A DNA stretch of 64,000 nucleotides, taken from NCBI GenBank assembly GCA_965238005.1, contig OZ250165.1:4480001-4544000 (forward strand). Reading direction: 5' to 3'. Position numbers and translations under genes: made by a program. Under the pieces are notes generated by a model that worked only from the letters and a program-made list of their open reading frames with translations, had not been told where the DNA came from and made no database searches. Positions 10,487 through 19,476 of this stretch are shown here, piece after piece. Source of the DNA: Longimicrobiales bacterium (GTDB lineage Bacteria; Gemmatimonadota; Gemmatimonadetes; Longimicrobiales; Gaopeijiaceae). Each line of letters opens with the position of its first letter. Within the stretch, counting starts at the first letter, position 1.

Positions 10487-11821
10487 TTACGCCGACAACG
10501 CTCCACTGTCGGCGACCAGCACGACCTGAACGTCGCCCACGTTGGTACCGGTGGCGCCGGTGATCACCGCGTCGCCTAGGGCATCGAAGAAGTGGTGAGT
10601 GTCGTTGTCTGCAAGAACAGCCTTCGGATCGAGGCCGAGCGCATTAGCACGGTCGAGCGAGTCGGGGCCCGCGACGGCCCCGGCAGCGCTGGAACTACCG
10701 TCGATTCCGTCGGTCCCAACTGATCCTACCACGATCCCCTGCCGATCACCCAATGCCATGGCCGCGCCGAGAGCCAACTCGTGATTTCGGCCTCCGCGGC
10801 CGTCCCCGACAACTGTCACCGTCGTCTCGCCCGCCGCCACCAGGCACACAGGTGGAGGGACGGGGCTGCCGAAGTCCTGAATCTGGATAGCCGTGGTGGC
10901 GAGCTCCCCCCCAACACGACGGGCCTCACCCACGAGTTCCGTCGTGAGGATGTGGGACGCGTATCCCAATCGCTCTGCCTCTGCCGCCGCCGCACGGGCG
11001 GCTAGGGCGCCGTTGCCAACGATGGATGTCTCCACCTTCGCGAAGCAGGGATGTCCTCGGGACGGAGTTTCCTCCAGGGCACCTCTCTGGCCAGCCCGGA
11101 GATGCTCCTTCACGACCTGAGGTACTGCATCGAACACCCGTTTCGCCTCCAGCACCCTGACCGCTTCGGCGTAGGTCGTGGAGTCCGGCGCCAAGGGACC
11201 CGATGCGATCACGTCTAGTGGATCGCCCACCACGTCCGACAAAACGAGCGCTCGAACGTCCACGCCTTGCAGGAGCCTGGCCAGGCGTCCTCCCTTGAGC
11301 CCGTCGAGGTGCTTCCGCACCGTGTTGAGCTCCCCGATCGTCGCGCCTGCCTCAAGAAGGAGACGTGTCGTCTCACTCAAGTCGTCCAAGGATAGCCCCC
11401 CCGCAGGTAGCGCGAGCAAGGATGAGCCGCCGCCGGAGATCAAGCACAGCAAGTGGTCTCCTCGAGGAAGACCGGAGGCAAAGACCGCAACCCTCCTCCC
11501 CGCGTCTAGCGACCCACGGCCAGGAACGGGGTGTTCGGCCAACAACGTCTCCAGTCCATCGATATCGTCGACCGGATAGCCCCTTGGCACTACGATCATG
11601 CCCCCGGCGACTACGGCCCCGATCTGGGAAACCGCCCCCCTCACCATGGCCGGTGCCGCCTTCCCGACGGCCAGCACGTGGACCGGCGCAGACGCGAGCA
11701 CACGGGACGATGACTCCTCAGATCCACGAAGGGCTTCTGCCACCAGGGCAGACGGCTCTACTGCTTCGATCGCAGCTCGAAGGCATGCGACGGCCTGCGC
11801 CTTCATGTCACGGGAGACCAT
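10487..11821 (-). CDS. Glycerate 2-kinase (DUF4147 + MOFRL)
   Basis: VGKAA, ISGGGSSL, SDVVGD…IASGP, GETTV…GGRN, TDGIDG, TGTNVGD. Confidence 0.92.
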   Translation of the reverse strand: MVSRDMKAQAVACLRAAIEAVEPSALVAEALRGSEESSSRVLASAPVHVLAVGKAAPAMVRGAVSQIGAVVAGGMIVVPRGYPVDDIDGLETLLAEHPVPGRGSLDAGRRVAVFASGLPRGDHLLCLISGGGSSLLALPAGGLSLDDLSETTRLLLEAGATIGELNTVRKHLDGLKGGRLARLLQGVDVRALVLSDVVGDPLDVIASGPLAPDSTTYAEAVRVLEAKRVFDAVPQVVKEHLRAGQRGALEETPSRGHPCFAKVETSIVGNGALAARAAAAEAERLGYASHILTTELVGEARRVGGELATTAIQIQDFGSPVPPPVCLVAAGETTVTVVGDGRGGRNHELALGAAMALGDRQGIVVGSVGTDGIDGSSSAAGAVAGPDSLDRANALGLDPKAVLADNDTHHFFDALGDAVITGATGTNVGDVQVVLVADSGALSA

Positions 11822-11872
11822 CGGTGGCTCACTCCTCAGGAGATGTCCTTCTGTCGCGAATACCGCCTGTCC

Positions 11873-12082
11873 TCAGTTCTCCATGCGACATGCGTAGGCC
11901 GCCGTTTGATACATCTCGAGGTTGACGCAGTGGGGTGCCAGTCACCGCTCCAGGTGGGCCACGCTGCTCTAGACCGCCATCTGGGCCATGCGGGCTCGTG
12001 TGTCTCGGCTTGCGCTGGCGATGTGGGGAAAGAGGACGGCGTTGGGAAGCTCGGCAAGTCCGGCAGCAGCTGAGGGCCGGCT
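11873..12082 (-). pseudogene. C-terminal remnant of a D-2-hydroxyacid (glycerate/glyoxylate) dehydrogenase
   Basis: Translates as GLAELPNAVLFPHIASASRDTRARMAQMAV*SSVAHLER*LAPHCVN, with the PHIASA motif and two in-frame stops. Confidence 0.75.
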
Positions 12083-13131
12083 CAGGAAGGGCCTTCCCGG
12101 TCCTCGATTTCCCCGAGTGATTGGCTCAGCCATCCCATCACGTTGAGTAGAAACCGAGCGTTGTGCGGAGCGGCCGAGTTGTTCATGCCGAACGGATACG
12201 GGCCCGTGGCCCGATCTTGGATCTGGGCAGAAAAAGCCGCCGCCTCACCGAAGACGGCGACGCGGCCGGCTCCATGTTCGATCAAGACGCCTTGCAGGAA
12301 TCCCACCCCCGGAATTCGGGCAGCGCTTTCGTCGAAATCGTACGCCCGCGTCGGCAACAGCAAGAAGGAATCGCCCGGCAGATGAAGGAGCGGTGCTGCC
12401 CGCACCCCCGGGAGGACGCGGAACCCCTGGCCGGTGAACGTCACCACGAAGGGGACTTCGCCACCTCCTTCGGCGCGTGTGACGGGATGATCCGCAAGGA
12501 GGCCCTCCTCCTTCGAAAAGACCAACTGGCTCTCGCGGTTGTCGAAGCTCACCGGGTCGTAGGCGTAGCTGTCGTAAAAGACGACGCCGAAGGCCCTCGC
12601 CAGGTTCTCCGCCGCCCCGGGGAACGGCATGTGATCCGCGATGAGCATGAGCTTGCCGCCCCCACTCACCCAGGTCTCGACGGCGTCGACTTCCTCCTCG
12701 GTGCAAGCGGGAGGCGTCGGCAGGCTCCACTCGTCTTCCTTCTCAGCGGAGAGCGCGTTCGAGATCACGAGAACGTCGATTTCGGCGAGCGCATCCCGCC
12801 TGAACGTCTCGGTGAACCCCCCGACCCGATAGCCGTCGCCGCGCAACAGGTTGGCGAACGACCGGTACTTGTCGTCAGCCGTGTGGTAGTTCCGGTGCGC
12901 TTCGTCGATGCCGACGGTGGGACCCTCGTCACGGGGGTGCCGCGGTTCGCCGCCATCGGGCACGACAAAGGCGTCGTCAGGGTATTGAACCGTGCCGTCC
13001 GTTCGGTCGAGATCCGCACATGCGCTCAACCCCAGAACGAGGGCGAGAGAGATCGAGCGCGCAGATCGAGCACCGGCGGCGATGGGCACGCTCAGGCCAT
13101 CGGAATGTACGTGACGCCCGCGATCTTCCAA
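12082..13131 (-). CDS. DUF4350/GATase-like lipoprotein
   Basis: Lipobox LSAC; IDEAHRNYH, LMLIADHMPF, GRVAVFGEAA. Start position uncertain. Confidence 0.7.
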   Translation of the reverse strand: MEDRGRHVHSDGLSVPIAAGARSARSISLALVLGLSACADLDRTDGTVQYPDDAFVVPDGGEPRHPRDEGPTVGIDEAHRNYHTADDKYRSFANLLRGDGYRVGGFTETFRRDALAEIDVLVISNALSAEKEDEWSLPTPPACTEEEVDAVETWVSGGGKLMLIADHMPFPGAAENLARAFGVVFYDSYAYDPVSFDNRESQLVFSKEEGLLADHPVTRAEGGGEVPFVVTFTGQGFRVLPGVRAAPLLHLPGDSFLLLPTRAYDFDESAARIPGVGFLQGVLIEHGAGRVAVFGEAAAFSAQIQDRATGPYPFGMNNSAAPHNARFLLNVMGWLSQSLGEIEDREGPS

Positions 13132-13325
13132 CCCTCATCCGTCATGAGAAGCGAGAGCGCGTCGATCCCGCAGTGGCTAAGCTCTCCGTCGTTGTGAAAG
13201 TCATAGGGGGTCCACACGACCGCGATGCGTCCGTGGAGCATCGTCCGGTTCCCGTGCGGCGACTGAAAGCACGAAGCCGAAAATGAGCAGAAGGGCGAGG
13301 GCGGGCTTCTGCATGATCGAGCGGG

Positions 13326-14888
13326 TCAACGCACCAGTGACAACCGCGCTGGGCGGGCTGACAGTGCCGCCTCGATGAGCCGGGCGATGTTGCGCTTGAG
13401 GTTCATCAGCTCCTCCTCGTGGATGTACATCATGTGCCCGGCCTCGTAGTAGTTGTGCTCGATGTTGCCTCGCAGTTCGTCGGGCAGGTTCATGTGATCC
13501 ATGGTCCACTCGGTGGCAAAGAACGGTGTCGCCAGGTCGTAGTAGCCGCTCTCGATCTGCACCTTGAGGTTGGGGTTGCGGATCATCGCCTGCGCGAGAT
13601 CGGACGCCACGTAGGCTGCCCCAGGCCGGCCGCGGGTGCCGCCACGGTTCCAGTTCCAATTCCGCGTGCCGCCGCCGGTAACGTAGGTCTCGGTGGTCTG
13701 GAATCCGAGCTCTTCACGCAGGTAGCGGTTGATCCCTGCGATGTAGGCTCCGGAGATGGCGGGCTGCTGCGGATCGTAGCCGGCCGTTTCTCCCAGTAGC
13801 TCGCTGGTGAGGCCTTCGTAACGAGCATCCAGCCGTGATGTGACCATTCCCTGGCTGCGCTGGAGCTCGGCACGAAACTGCGTCGCGCGGACGCGCAGGT
13901 TGGCGCGCTCGAGGTATTCCTCGGAAAGCCCGGTGTATCCGGCCATTTTCGCGCGCACGGCGGCCACCTGCGGCGCGGGAGCGGAGGAACCCTGTGCCAG
14001 CACGGGGGCGTATTCGTTGACGGCAAACGCCCGCACCTCGTCGAGCCAGCTCTCGAGGTCGTCCGGCCAGGGGATGATGCCGTGATGTGCCGCGGTGATG
14101 GCGTATGAAGGCAGAAATGTCACATACGAAACGTCCTGCCCGGCGTTGAAGCGCAACGTCTCGAAGTCGAGAACCGAGGAGATCAACACCACACCGTTGA
14201 AGTGCATACCGGCGCGGTTCTGCAACATGTTCACCAGCACCGCCGAGCGTGTCGTGCCGTATGACTCACCCATCAGGAACTTGGGCGAGTTCCAGCGCCG
14301 GTTGTCGGTGATGTATCGCGAGATGAACTGCGTCAACGAGGTCGCGTCCTCGTCGACGCCCCAGAAGTCGCTCCCCTGGCCGACGCCGACAACGCGGCTG
14401 AAGCCGGTGCCGATCGGATCGATGAAAACCATATCGGTGACGTCGATCAGCGTGCCGGGATTGTCGACCAAGTCGTACGGGGGCGGAGGTGTAGGGCCGG
14501 TATTGCTGACAGGCACCCGCTTGGGGCCGAAGGCGCCCATATGCAGCCACATCGCGGGCGAGCCGGGACCGCCGTTGTAGATGAACGAGATCGGCCGTGT
14601 GTTCGGGTCGACGTCGGGTCGGGTGTAAGCCGCATAGAAGAGGTTGCCGATGACCTCACCGTCGTCGTTGACCAAGTTCATGGTCGCCGCCGTTGCCGCG
14701 TACGGAACGGTCTCGCCATCAACGACGATCGTGTGCTCAGTGACCGACGATTGTTCATCGGGCACCGGCGCCATGGCTTGCGGGGTCTCCGGCGTCAGAC
14801 CGCCACCTCCGCCTCGCTGCTGCGCCTGGCTGGAAGGTACGAAGGCCACAAGGAAGGCGACTGCGATGGCGAGAGACTTGATCCTCAT
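13326..14888 (-). CDS. S10 serine carboxypeptidase, secreted
   Basis: Signal peptide; NGGPGS, IDPIGTGFS, GESYG, GYYDLATP, AGHMMY. Confidence 0.93.
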   Translation of the reverse strand: MRIKSLAIAVAFLVAFVPSSQAQQRGGGGGLTPETPQAMAPVPDEQSSVTEHTIVVDGETVPYAATAATMNLVNDDGEVIGNLFYAAYTRPDVDPNTRPISFIYNGGPGSPAMWLHMGAFGPKRVPVSNTGPTPPPPYDLVDNPGTLIDVTDMVFIDPIGTGFSRVVGVGQGSDFWGVDEDATSLTQFISRYITDNRRWNSPKFLMGESYGTTRSAVLVNMLQNRAGMHFNGVVLISSVLDFETLRFNAGQDVSYVTFLPSYAITAAHHGIIPWPDDLESWLDEVRAFAVNEYAPVLAQGSSAPAPQVAAVRAKMAGYTGLSEEYLERANLRVRATQFRAELQRSQGMVTSRLDARYEGLTSELLGETAGYDPQQPAISGAYIAGINRYLREELGFQTTETYVTGGGTRNWNWNRGGTRGRPGAAYVASDLAQAMIRNPNLKVQIESGYYDLATPFFATEWTMDHMNLPDELRGNIEHNYYEAGHMMYIHEEELMNLKRNIARLIEAALSARPARLSLVR

Positions 14889-14961
14889 GTGTACTCCTCC
14901 GAACTGTGTCTGCTAGAAGGGTGGCGACCTCATATATGTCAGCGCCGCCATTGTTCTGTAA

Positions 14962-16575
14962 TCATTGGGCAGCTCGCCTGCGTTTCTGCCTCTCGACCAT
15001 TGCCGCGACGTCAGCTAGGAGCTGCCTGGCGTCGTAGACAATCCCGTCCTTGATGGTGTAAATGATGCCGCCGCGGCGCTCGGCCTGACCGGTCGAGTCG
15101 TTGAGACGCACGACTCCGGTGCCGTAAAGGACCTTCAAGTCCTCAATCGGATTCTCGTCCACCAGCACGAGGTCCGCAAGAAATCCTTCGCGCACGACAC
15201 CGAAGTCGATCGGCTTACCGGTGGGCTTCATCAGCGTCTCTGCACCATGCATGGTCGCACCGCGGATGACTTCCAGAGGATGGAAGCCGGCCTCTTCTAG
15301 CAGCTCCATCTCCTCGATGGTCGAGAAGCCGAAGAGGTTGTATGTGAAGCCGGCATCGGAACTGACCGTCACTCTGCCGCCCATGTCCTTGTAGTCGTCC
15401 AGTAACTGCATCCACACGCGGTAGAAGTTCCGCCACGCCACCTCATCGGTGGACGTCCAGCGGTAGTAGTAGGAGCCGTGATTCGTGCGGCTCGGTTCAT
15501 AAAAGTCCCATAGCGATGGGAGTGTGTACTGCTCGTGCCAATCGGCAGTGCGCGCGCGCATCACGTCGCGGGTGGCAATATAGGCGGTCATCGTCGGGTC
15601 GAGGGTAACGTCCAGATCGAGCAGCTCCTCGAGCAACGCGCGCCACTCGTCGCCGCCGGGCGGGTGGATCATGTTCCACTGGCGTGCCACCTGGCCGAAG
15701 CGGTGTTGCTCGTTCGCGTAGTTCATGTCTGAAGGCCACGGTTGGACGTCGTGGTCGTCGTAGAGCGCCTCGAAGAGCCCGTAGTAGTGCGTGACCGAAC
15801 CCAGCCCGAGTCGCCCAGCATCGATTGCGTTCATCTGGGCCACACCGGTTTGCCCGAGGTGGGCGGTGGATCCCAACTGATGCTTCTTCGCCTCGTCGAG
15901 AAGGGCGGCCATGATCGCCGGGGGATGCGAGCCCAGCTTGAGTCCGTCGATGCCCTTGTCGGCCGCCCATCGCACCCACGCTCGCGCGTCGTCCGGGGTT
16001 CTGATCGGACCGCCGTCCCAACCCTGCCCAGGGCGCTGATATACCCACATCCGCGGGGCGGTGATCGCGTTCGCTGCGCTCCGCTCTTTCTCTTTGAGCG
16101 ACCAGTCGACCCCGCCAAACGACACGCCGCGCCCAGTCGTTACGCCATGGGCCATCCACAGCTTGTAGGCGTACTCGGCATCAGGCGCTTTCGGGACCCC
16201 ACCGGTGTGGAGGTGCAGATCCACGAAACCGGGCAGTACGTACATGCCCTCCGCGTCGATCTCGTGGACGGCACCTTGTGGTCGGCGCGATTCGTCCCCG
16301 GCGACGCCGGGCACTCCGACCCCGGCGATCCGGGTGATCAAGTTGCCTTCTATGACGATGTCGACGGGGCCGCGTGGCGGAGCACCGGTGCCGTCGATGA
16401 CGATGGCGCCGCGGATGATCAAGCGGTCGAACGGGCCCTCGCCCTCATCGGGTCCGCGGTCCGGACCCGGCGCTACCTGTCGCCCGAGAATCGGGGATAC
16501 GGATCCGAGGAGCAGGGCAAGGGCGGCCACGATGGCGACCCTGCAGCGACTGCCAGAGACGTAAGAAGTGAGCAT
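14962..16575 (-). CDS. Amidohydrolase family protein, secreted
   Basis: AAGGAAGG RBS before MLTSY; signal peptide; LPGFVDLHLH, SSDAG, ADLVLV. Confidence 0.88.
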   Translation of the reverse strand: MLTSYVSGSRCRVAIVAALALLLGSVSPILGRQVAPGPDRGPDEGEGPFDRLIIRGAIVIDGTGAPPRGPVDIVIEGNLITRIAGVGVPGVAGDESRRPQGAVHEIDAEGMYVLPGFVDLHLHTGGVPKAPDAEYAYKLWMAHGVTTGRGVSFGGVDWSLKEKERSAANAITAPRMWVYQRPGQGWDGGPIRTPDDARAWVRWAADKGIDGLKLGSHPPAIMAALLDEAKKHQLGSTAHLGQTGVAQMNAIDAGRLGLGSVTHYYGLFEALYDDHDVQPWPSDMNYANEQHRFGQVARQWNMIHPPGGDEWRALLEELLDLDVTLDPTMTAYIATRDVMRARTADWHEQYTLPSLWDFYEPSRTNHGSYYYRWTSTDEVAWRNFYRVWMQLLDDYKDMGGRVTVSSDAGFTYNLFGFSTIEEMELLEEAGFHPLEVIRGATMHGAETLMKPTGKPIDFGVVREGFLADLVLVDENPIEDLKVLYGTGVVRLNDSTGQAERRGGIIYTIKDGIVYDARQLLADVAAMVERQKRRRAAQ

Positions 16576-16694
16576 CGTGCTGTCCTTCCTTGAAGAGGTC
16601 ACGGGACGAGCCTGGTGTCCGGCGCGATTTCTCAAACCTGCTTCCGGAGCGGGGTTGGAACTTCCTCCAGGCCACTGGTCTGCTAGAATGCTAA

Positions 16695-16715
16695 CAGTAT
16701 ACGTGCCGTATACTG
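16695..16715. promoter_or_regulatory. Perfect 9-bp inverted repeat, candidate operator
   Basis: CAGTATACG-TGC-CGTATACTG in an AT-rich patch about 120 bp upstream of the amidohydrolase. Confidence 0.5.
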
Positions 16716-16795
16716 AGTAGAGAAAGGCGCCTGCCCCCCGGAGCGATCTAAGAGGCCGCGATGCATCCGTTTCGTGGAGAAACGTGGTTCTCGGG

Positions 16796-19456
16796 CTAGG
16801 CGCCCTGGGCGGTGGACTCGAGGTCATCCCGCTCGAGGTCATGCAGCACGCCACGGATTCGCTCGATCAGCTCATCGTCTGAAAGTTTGTTCTCACCGGG
16901 ATCTCCGAGGAGCTCCGTCAGCTCGTCCCGAAGGTGCTTGCCCGCGTACGCGGGGCGGCTTCCCAAGCCTTCCCAGATGGCCCGCGCGTCCTCCATATGT
17001 CCCGCGCCGATGAGGAAGAAGGCGAGGTCGTGGGCGCAGAACCACAATAGCGGCAGGTCTCCGGACACGATGAACGAGCGAAGCGCTCGAGAGAGTTGTA
17101 CTCGCCCCCTGCCGGGCTCTTCCACACGGACGATGGCAGTCGCTGCTTGGGCCGCCGCAATGCCAGCGACCAGGGGGAGTCCGTGACGCCCGGCGAGCTC
17201 GCATGATCGATCGAAGTTCCGCAGCGCGAGCTCGGGGTCGCTATCCGAATAGGCACGCCCCGTGGCGAAATACGCCCAGCCGAGGGCCGTGGTGTTCCCG
17301 GTCTCCTCCGCGGCCTCGAGCGCCTCGGCCGCGATGCGCTTAGCCTCGTCCATGCGCCCCGCCATCACCGCTTCTGTCGCCTCCAGGCTCTTGAGCGTCG
17401 TCGCCCAGGCCTGGTTCCCGGTGCGCACTACGCTCTCCACCGCACGCTGAATGACGTCGTCGATATCGGCGCTCCCCAAGACTGCCGCAACCGACCACCT
17501 AGCCCACGCTTGGAGGCACGCCTCATCGAGGTCGATGTTCTCGGAACGATCCATTCCGGACGCGAGCCGGGTCGCATCGTCGATTCGCCCACCCTGTGCG
17601 CGGAGGTGGACGGCCACGGCCCGAGCGTAGGGCGGCTCAGGGATGAGGGCCAGCGCCGCTTCGGCCCAGTTCCCCACCTCGTACCGTAGCGATTGCCACG
17701 CCCACCATTGGAGTGGTTTCAACAGCGCGCCCACGGCATCGCGGTCCTCGTTGTCGATCGCCGCATGGACGGCCGAGCGGAGATTCTCGAACTCGTGGCC
17801 GATAGCCCGGATCCAGGGGGCGTCATCCGGGCTCCAGAATCCGGTCCAAGCGTCCCGCATGAAGCTGGCGAACCACTGGACGTGCCGGTCTTGAACCTTC
17901 CCTCCTTCACCCGATGCGATCAACTGCTCCTCACCGAATTGCCGGAGCGTCTCGAGAAGCCTGTAGCGCGTTCCGTCTTCGGTGTCCGATGCCAGGACCA
18001 TCGATCGGTCGACCAACGCGGCGATGGCCTCCTCGGCATCCAACGCGTCCATGTCGTCGCCGCTCGTAACTTCTTTGGCCGCTTCCAGCGTGAATCCCCC
18101 TGCGAACGCACTGAGTCGATCGAAGACGCGCTGTTCCAAGTCCTCGAGCAGCTCGTATGACCACGCGACCGTATTCCGCAGCGTCTGGTGACGCTCCTCA
18201 CGACCTCTCCGGCTGCCCCGAAGGAGCCGGAAGCGATCGTCGAGGCGCTTCTCGATCTCTTCCGGGCTCAAACTCGCGCATCGGGCCGCCGCGAGCTCGA
18301 TAGCTAAAGCAATGCCGTCCAGGCGAGCGCTCAGCCGGGCGAGCACCTCCGGGTCCATCTCGCTCTCGGAGCCCGCAGCCCTTGCCCGATCCCGGAATAG
18401 CTCCGCGCCCTCCGTGTCGCTCAAGGACTTCAGGCGCAGTACCCGCTCGCCCCGGATCGCCAGGCTCTCGCGGCTCGTAGCGAGAATCCGGGCCGCCGGA
18501 CATCGGGTGGTGACGGCGCTCGCGAGATCGGCCGCGACTTCGAGCACGTGTTCGCAGTTATCCAGGACGAGCAGGACCGAGCGGTGCCTCAACGAGTCGA
18601 CCACGGACTCGGTGATCGACTTGCCCGGCTGCTGGACCGCACCGATCACATCAGCGATCACATGAGGTACCGCCTCTTCAAGCGTCGCCGGGGCAAGCTC
18701 GGCCAGCCAAGCTCCATCACCAAAGCGTGGAAGTAGGCGAGTCGAGGCTTCGATCGCCAGCCGGGTCTTTCCCGTGCCGCCTGGTCCGGTGAGCGTCAGC
18801 AGATCAACGCCGTCGCCCAGTAGGTCAGTGATTTCAGTGATCTCCCGCTCGCGGCCCACGAGCCGCGTCACCTGGATGGGGAGGTTAGTCAGTCGGTTCT
18901 CGAGGGTTCTGAGCGGCGGGAAGTCGCGCGGCAGCGCCGCGTGGAGGAGCTGGAATAGCCGGTCCGGCTCGCTCAGATCCTTGAGGCGATGCTCGCCGAG
19001 ATCGAGGACCGCGAAGCCGGTGTCCTCTTCCTCGATCAGTCCACGCGTCGTGTGCGAAAGGAGAACCTGCCTGCCGTGCCCGGCCGCGCAGATGCGCGCC
19101 CCGCGGTGGACACCTACGCCGACGTAACCCTCGCTCGTCGCCGTCGCCTCGCAGGTGTGGATGCCCATGCGCACCCGGAGCTCTCGGCCGTCCGGCCACG
19201 CGTGCCCCGCGAATGTGCGTTGCGCCTCTACCGCGGCACGGACGGCATCCTGCGCCCGTCTGAACGCTACGAAGAAAGCGTCCCCCTGCGTGTCGACCTC
19301 GTAGCCACCGTGCCGTGCGACCACGTCGCGCAGGAGCCGGCGGTGGCTCTCAAGTGCGTCCCGGTATCGATCAGCTCCCAGTTCCCGGAGTAGCTGGGTC
19401 GACCCCTCGATGTCCGTGAAGAGGAACGTGACAGTCCCGGTCGGGAGATCAGGCAT
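16796..19456 (-). CDS. Class III nucleotidyl cyclase + STAND (AfsR/NB-ARC-like) ATPase + helical/TPR-like sensor
   Basis: FLFTDIEGST, QGDAFF; P-loop GPGGTGKT; LLVLDNCEH; TSRE; DGIALAIELAAAR; YRLLETLRQF. Confidence 0.9.
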   Translation of the reverse strand: MPDLPTGTVTFLFTDIEGSTQLLRELGADRYRDALESHRRLLRDVVARHGGYEVDTQGDAFFVAFRRAQDAVRAAVEAQRTFAGHAWPDGRELRVRMGIHTCEATATSEGYVGVGVHRGARICAAGHGRQVLLSHTTRGLIEEEDTGFAVLDLGEHRLKDLSEPDRLFQLLHAALPRDFPPLRTLENRLTNLPIQVTRLVGREREITEITDLLGDGVDLLTLTGPGGTGKTRLAIEASTRLLPRFGDGAWLAELAPATLEEAVPHVIADVIGAVQQPGKSITESVVDSLRHRSVLLVLDNCEHVLEVAADLASAVTTRCPAARILATSRESLAIRGERVLRLKSLSDTEGAELFRDRARAAGSESEMDPEVLARLSARLDGIALAIELAAARCASLSPEEIEKRLDDRFRLLRGSRRGREERHQTLRNTVAWSYELLEDLEQRVFDRLSAFAGGFTLEAAKEVTSGDDMDALDAEEAIAALVDRSMVLASDTEDGTRYRLLETLRQFGEEQLIASGEGGKVQDRHVQWFASFMRDAWTGFWSPDDAPWIRAIGHEFENLRSAVHAAIDNEDRDAVGALLKPLQWWAWQSLRYEVGNWAEAALALIPEPPYARAVAVHLRAQGGRIDDATRLASGMDRSENIDLDEACLQAWARWSVAAVLGSADIDDVIQRAVESVVRTGNQAWATTLKSLEATEAVMAGRMDEAKRIAAEALEAAEETGNTTALGWAYFATGRAYSDSDPELALRNFDRSCELAGRHGLPLVAGIAAAQAATAIVRVEEPGRGRVQLSRALRSFIVSGDLPLLWFCAHDLAFFLIGAGHMEDARAIWEGLGSRPAYAGKHLRDELTELLGDPGENKLSDDELIERIRGVLHDLERDDLESTAQGA

Positions 19457-19476
19457 CGTAGCGGCCTTCGAGGGCT

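Noticed and set aside
13201..13314. Short ORF MQKPALALLLIFGFVLSVAA…
   Set aside because: Only a signal peptide followed by non-protein-like sequence; treated as a stub, not a gene.
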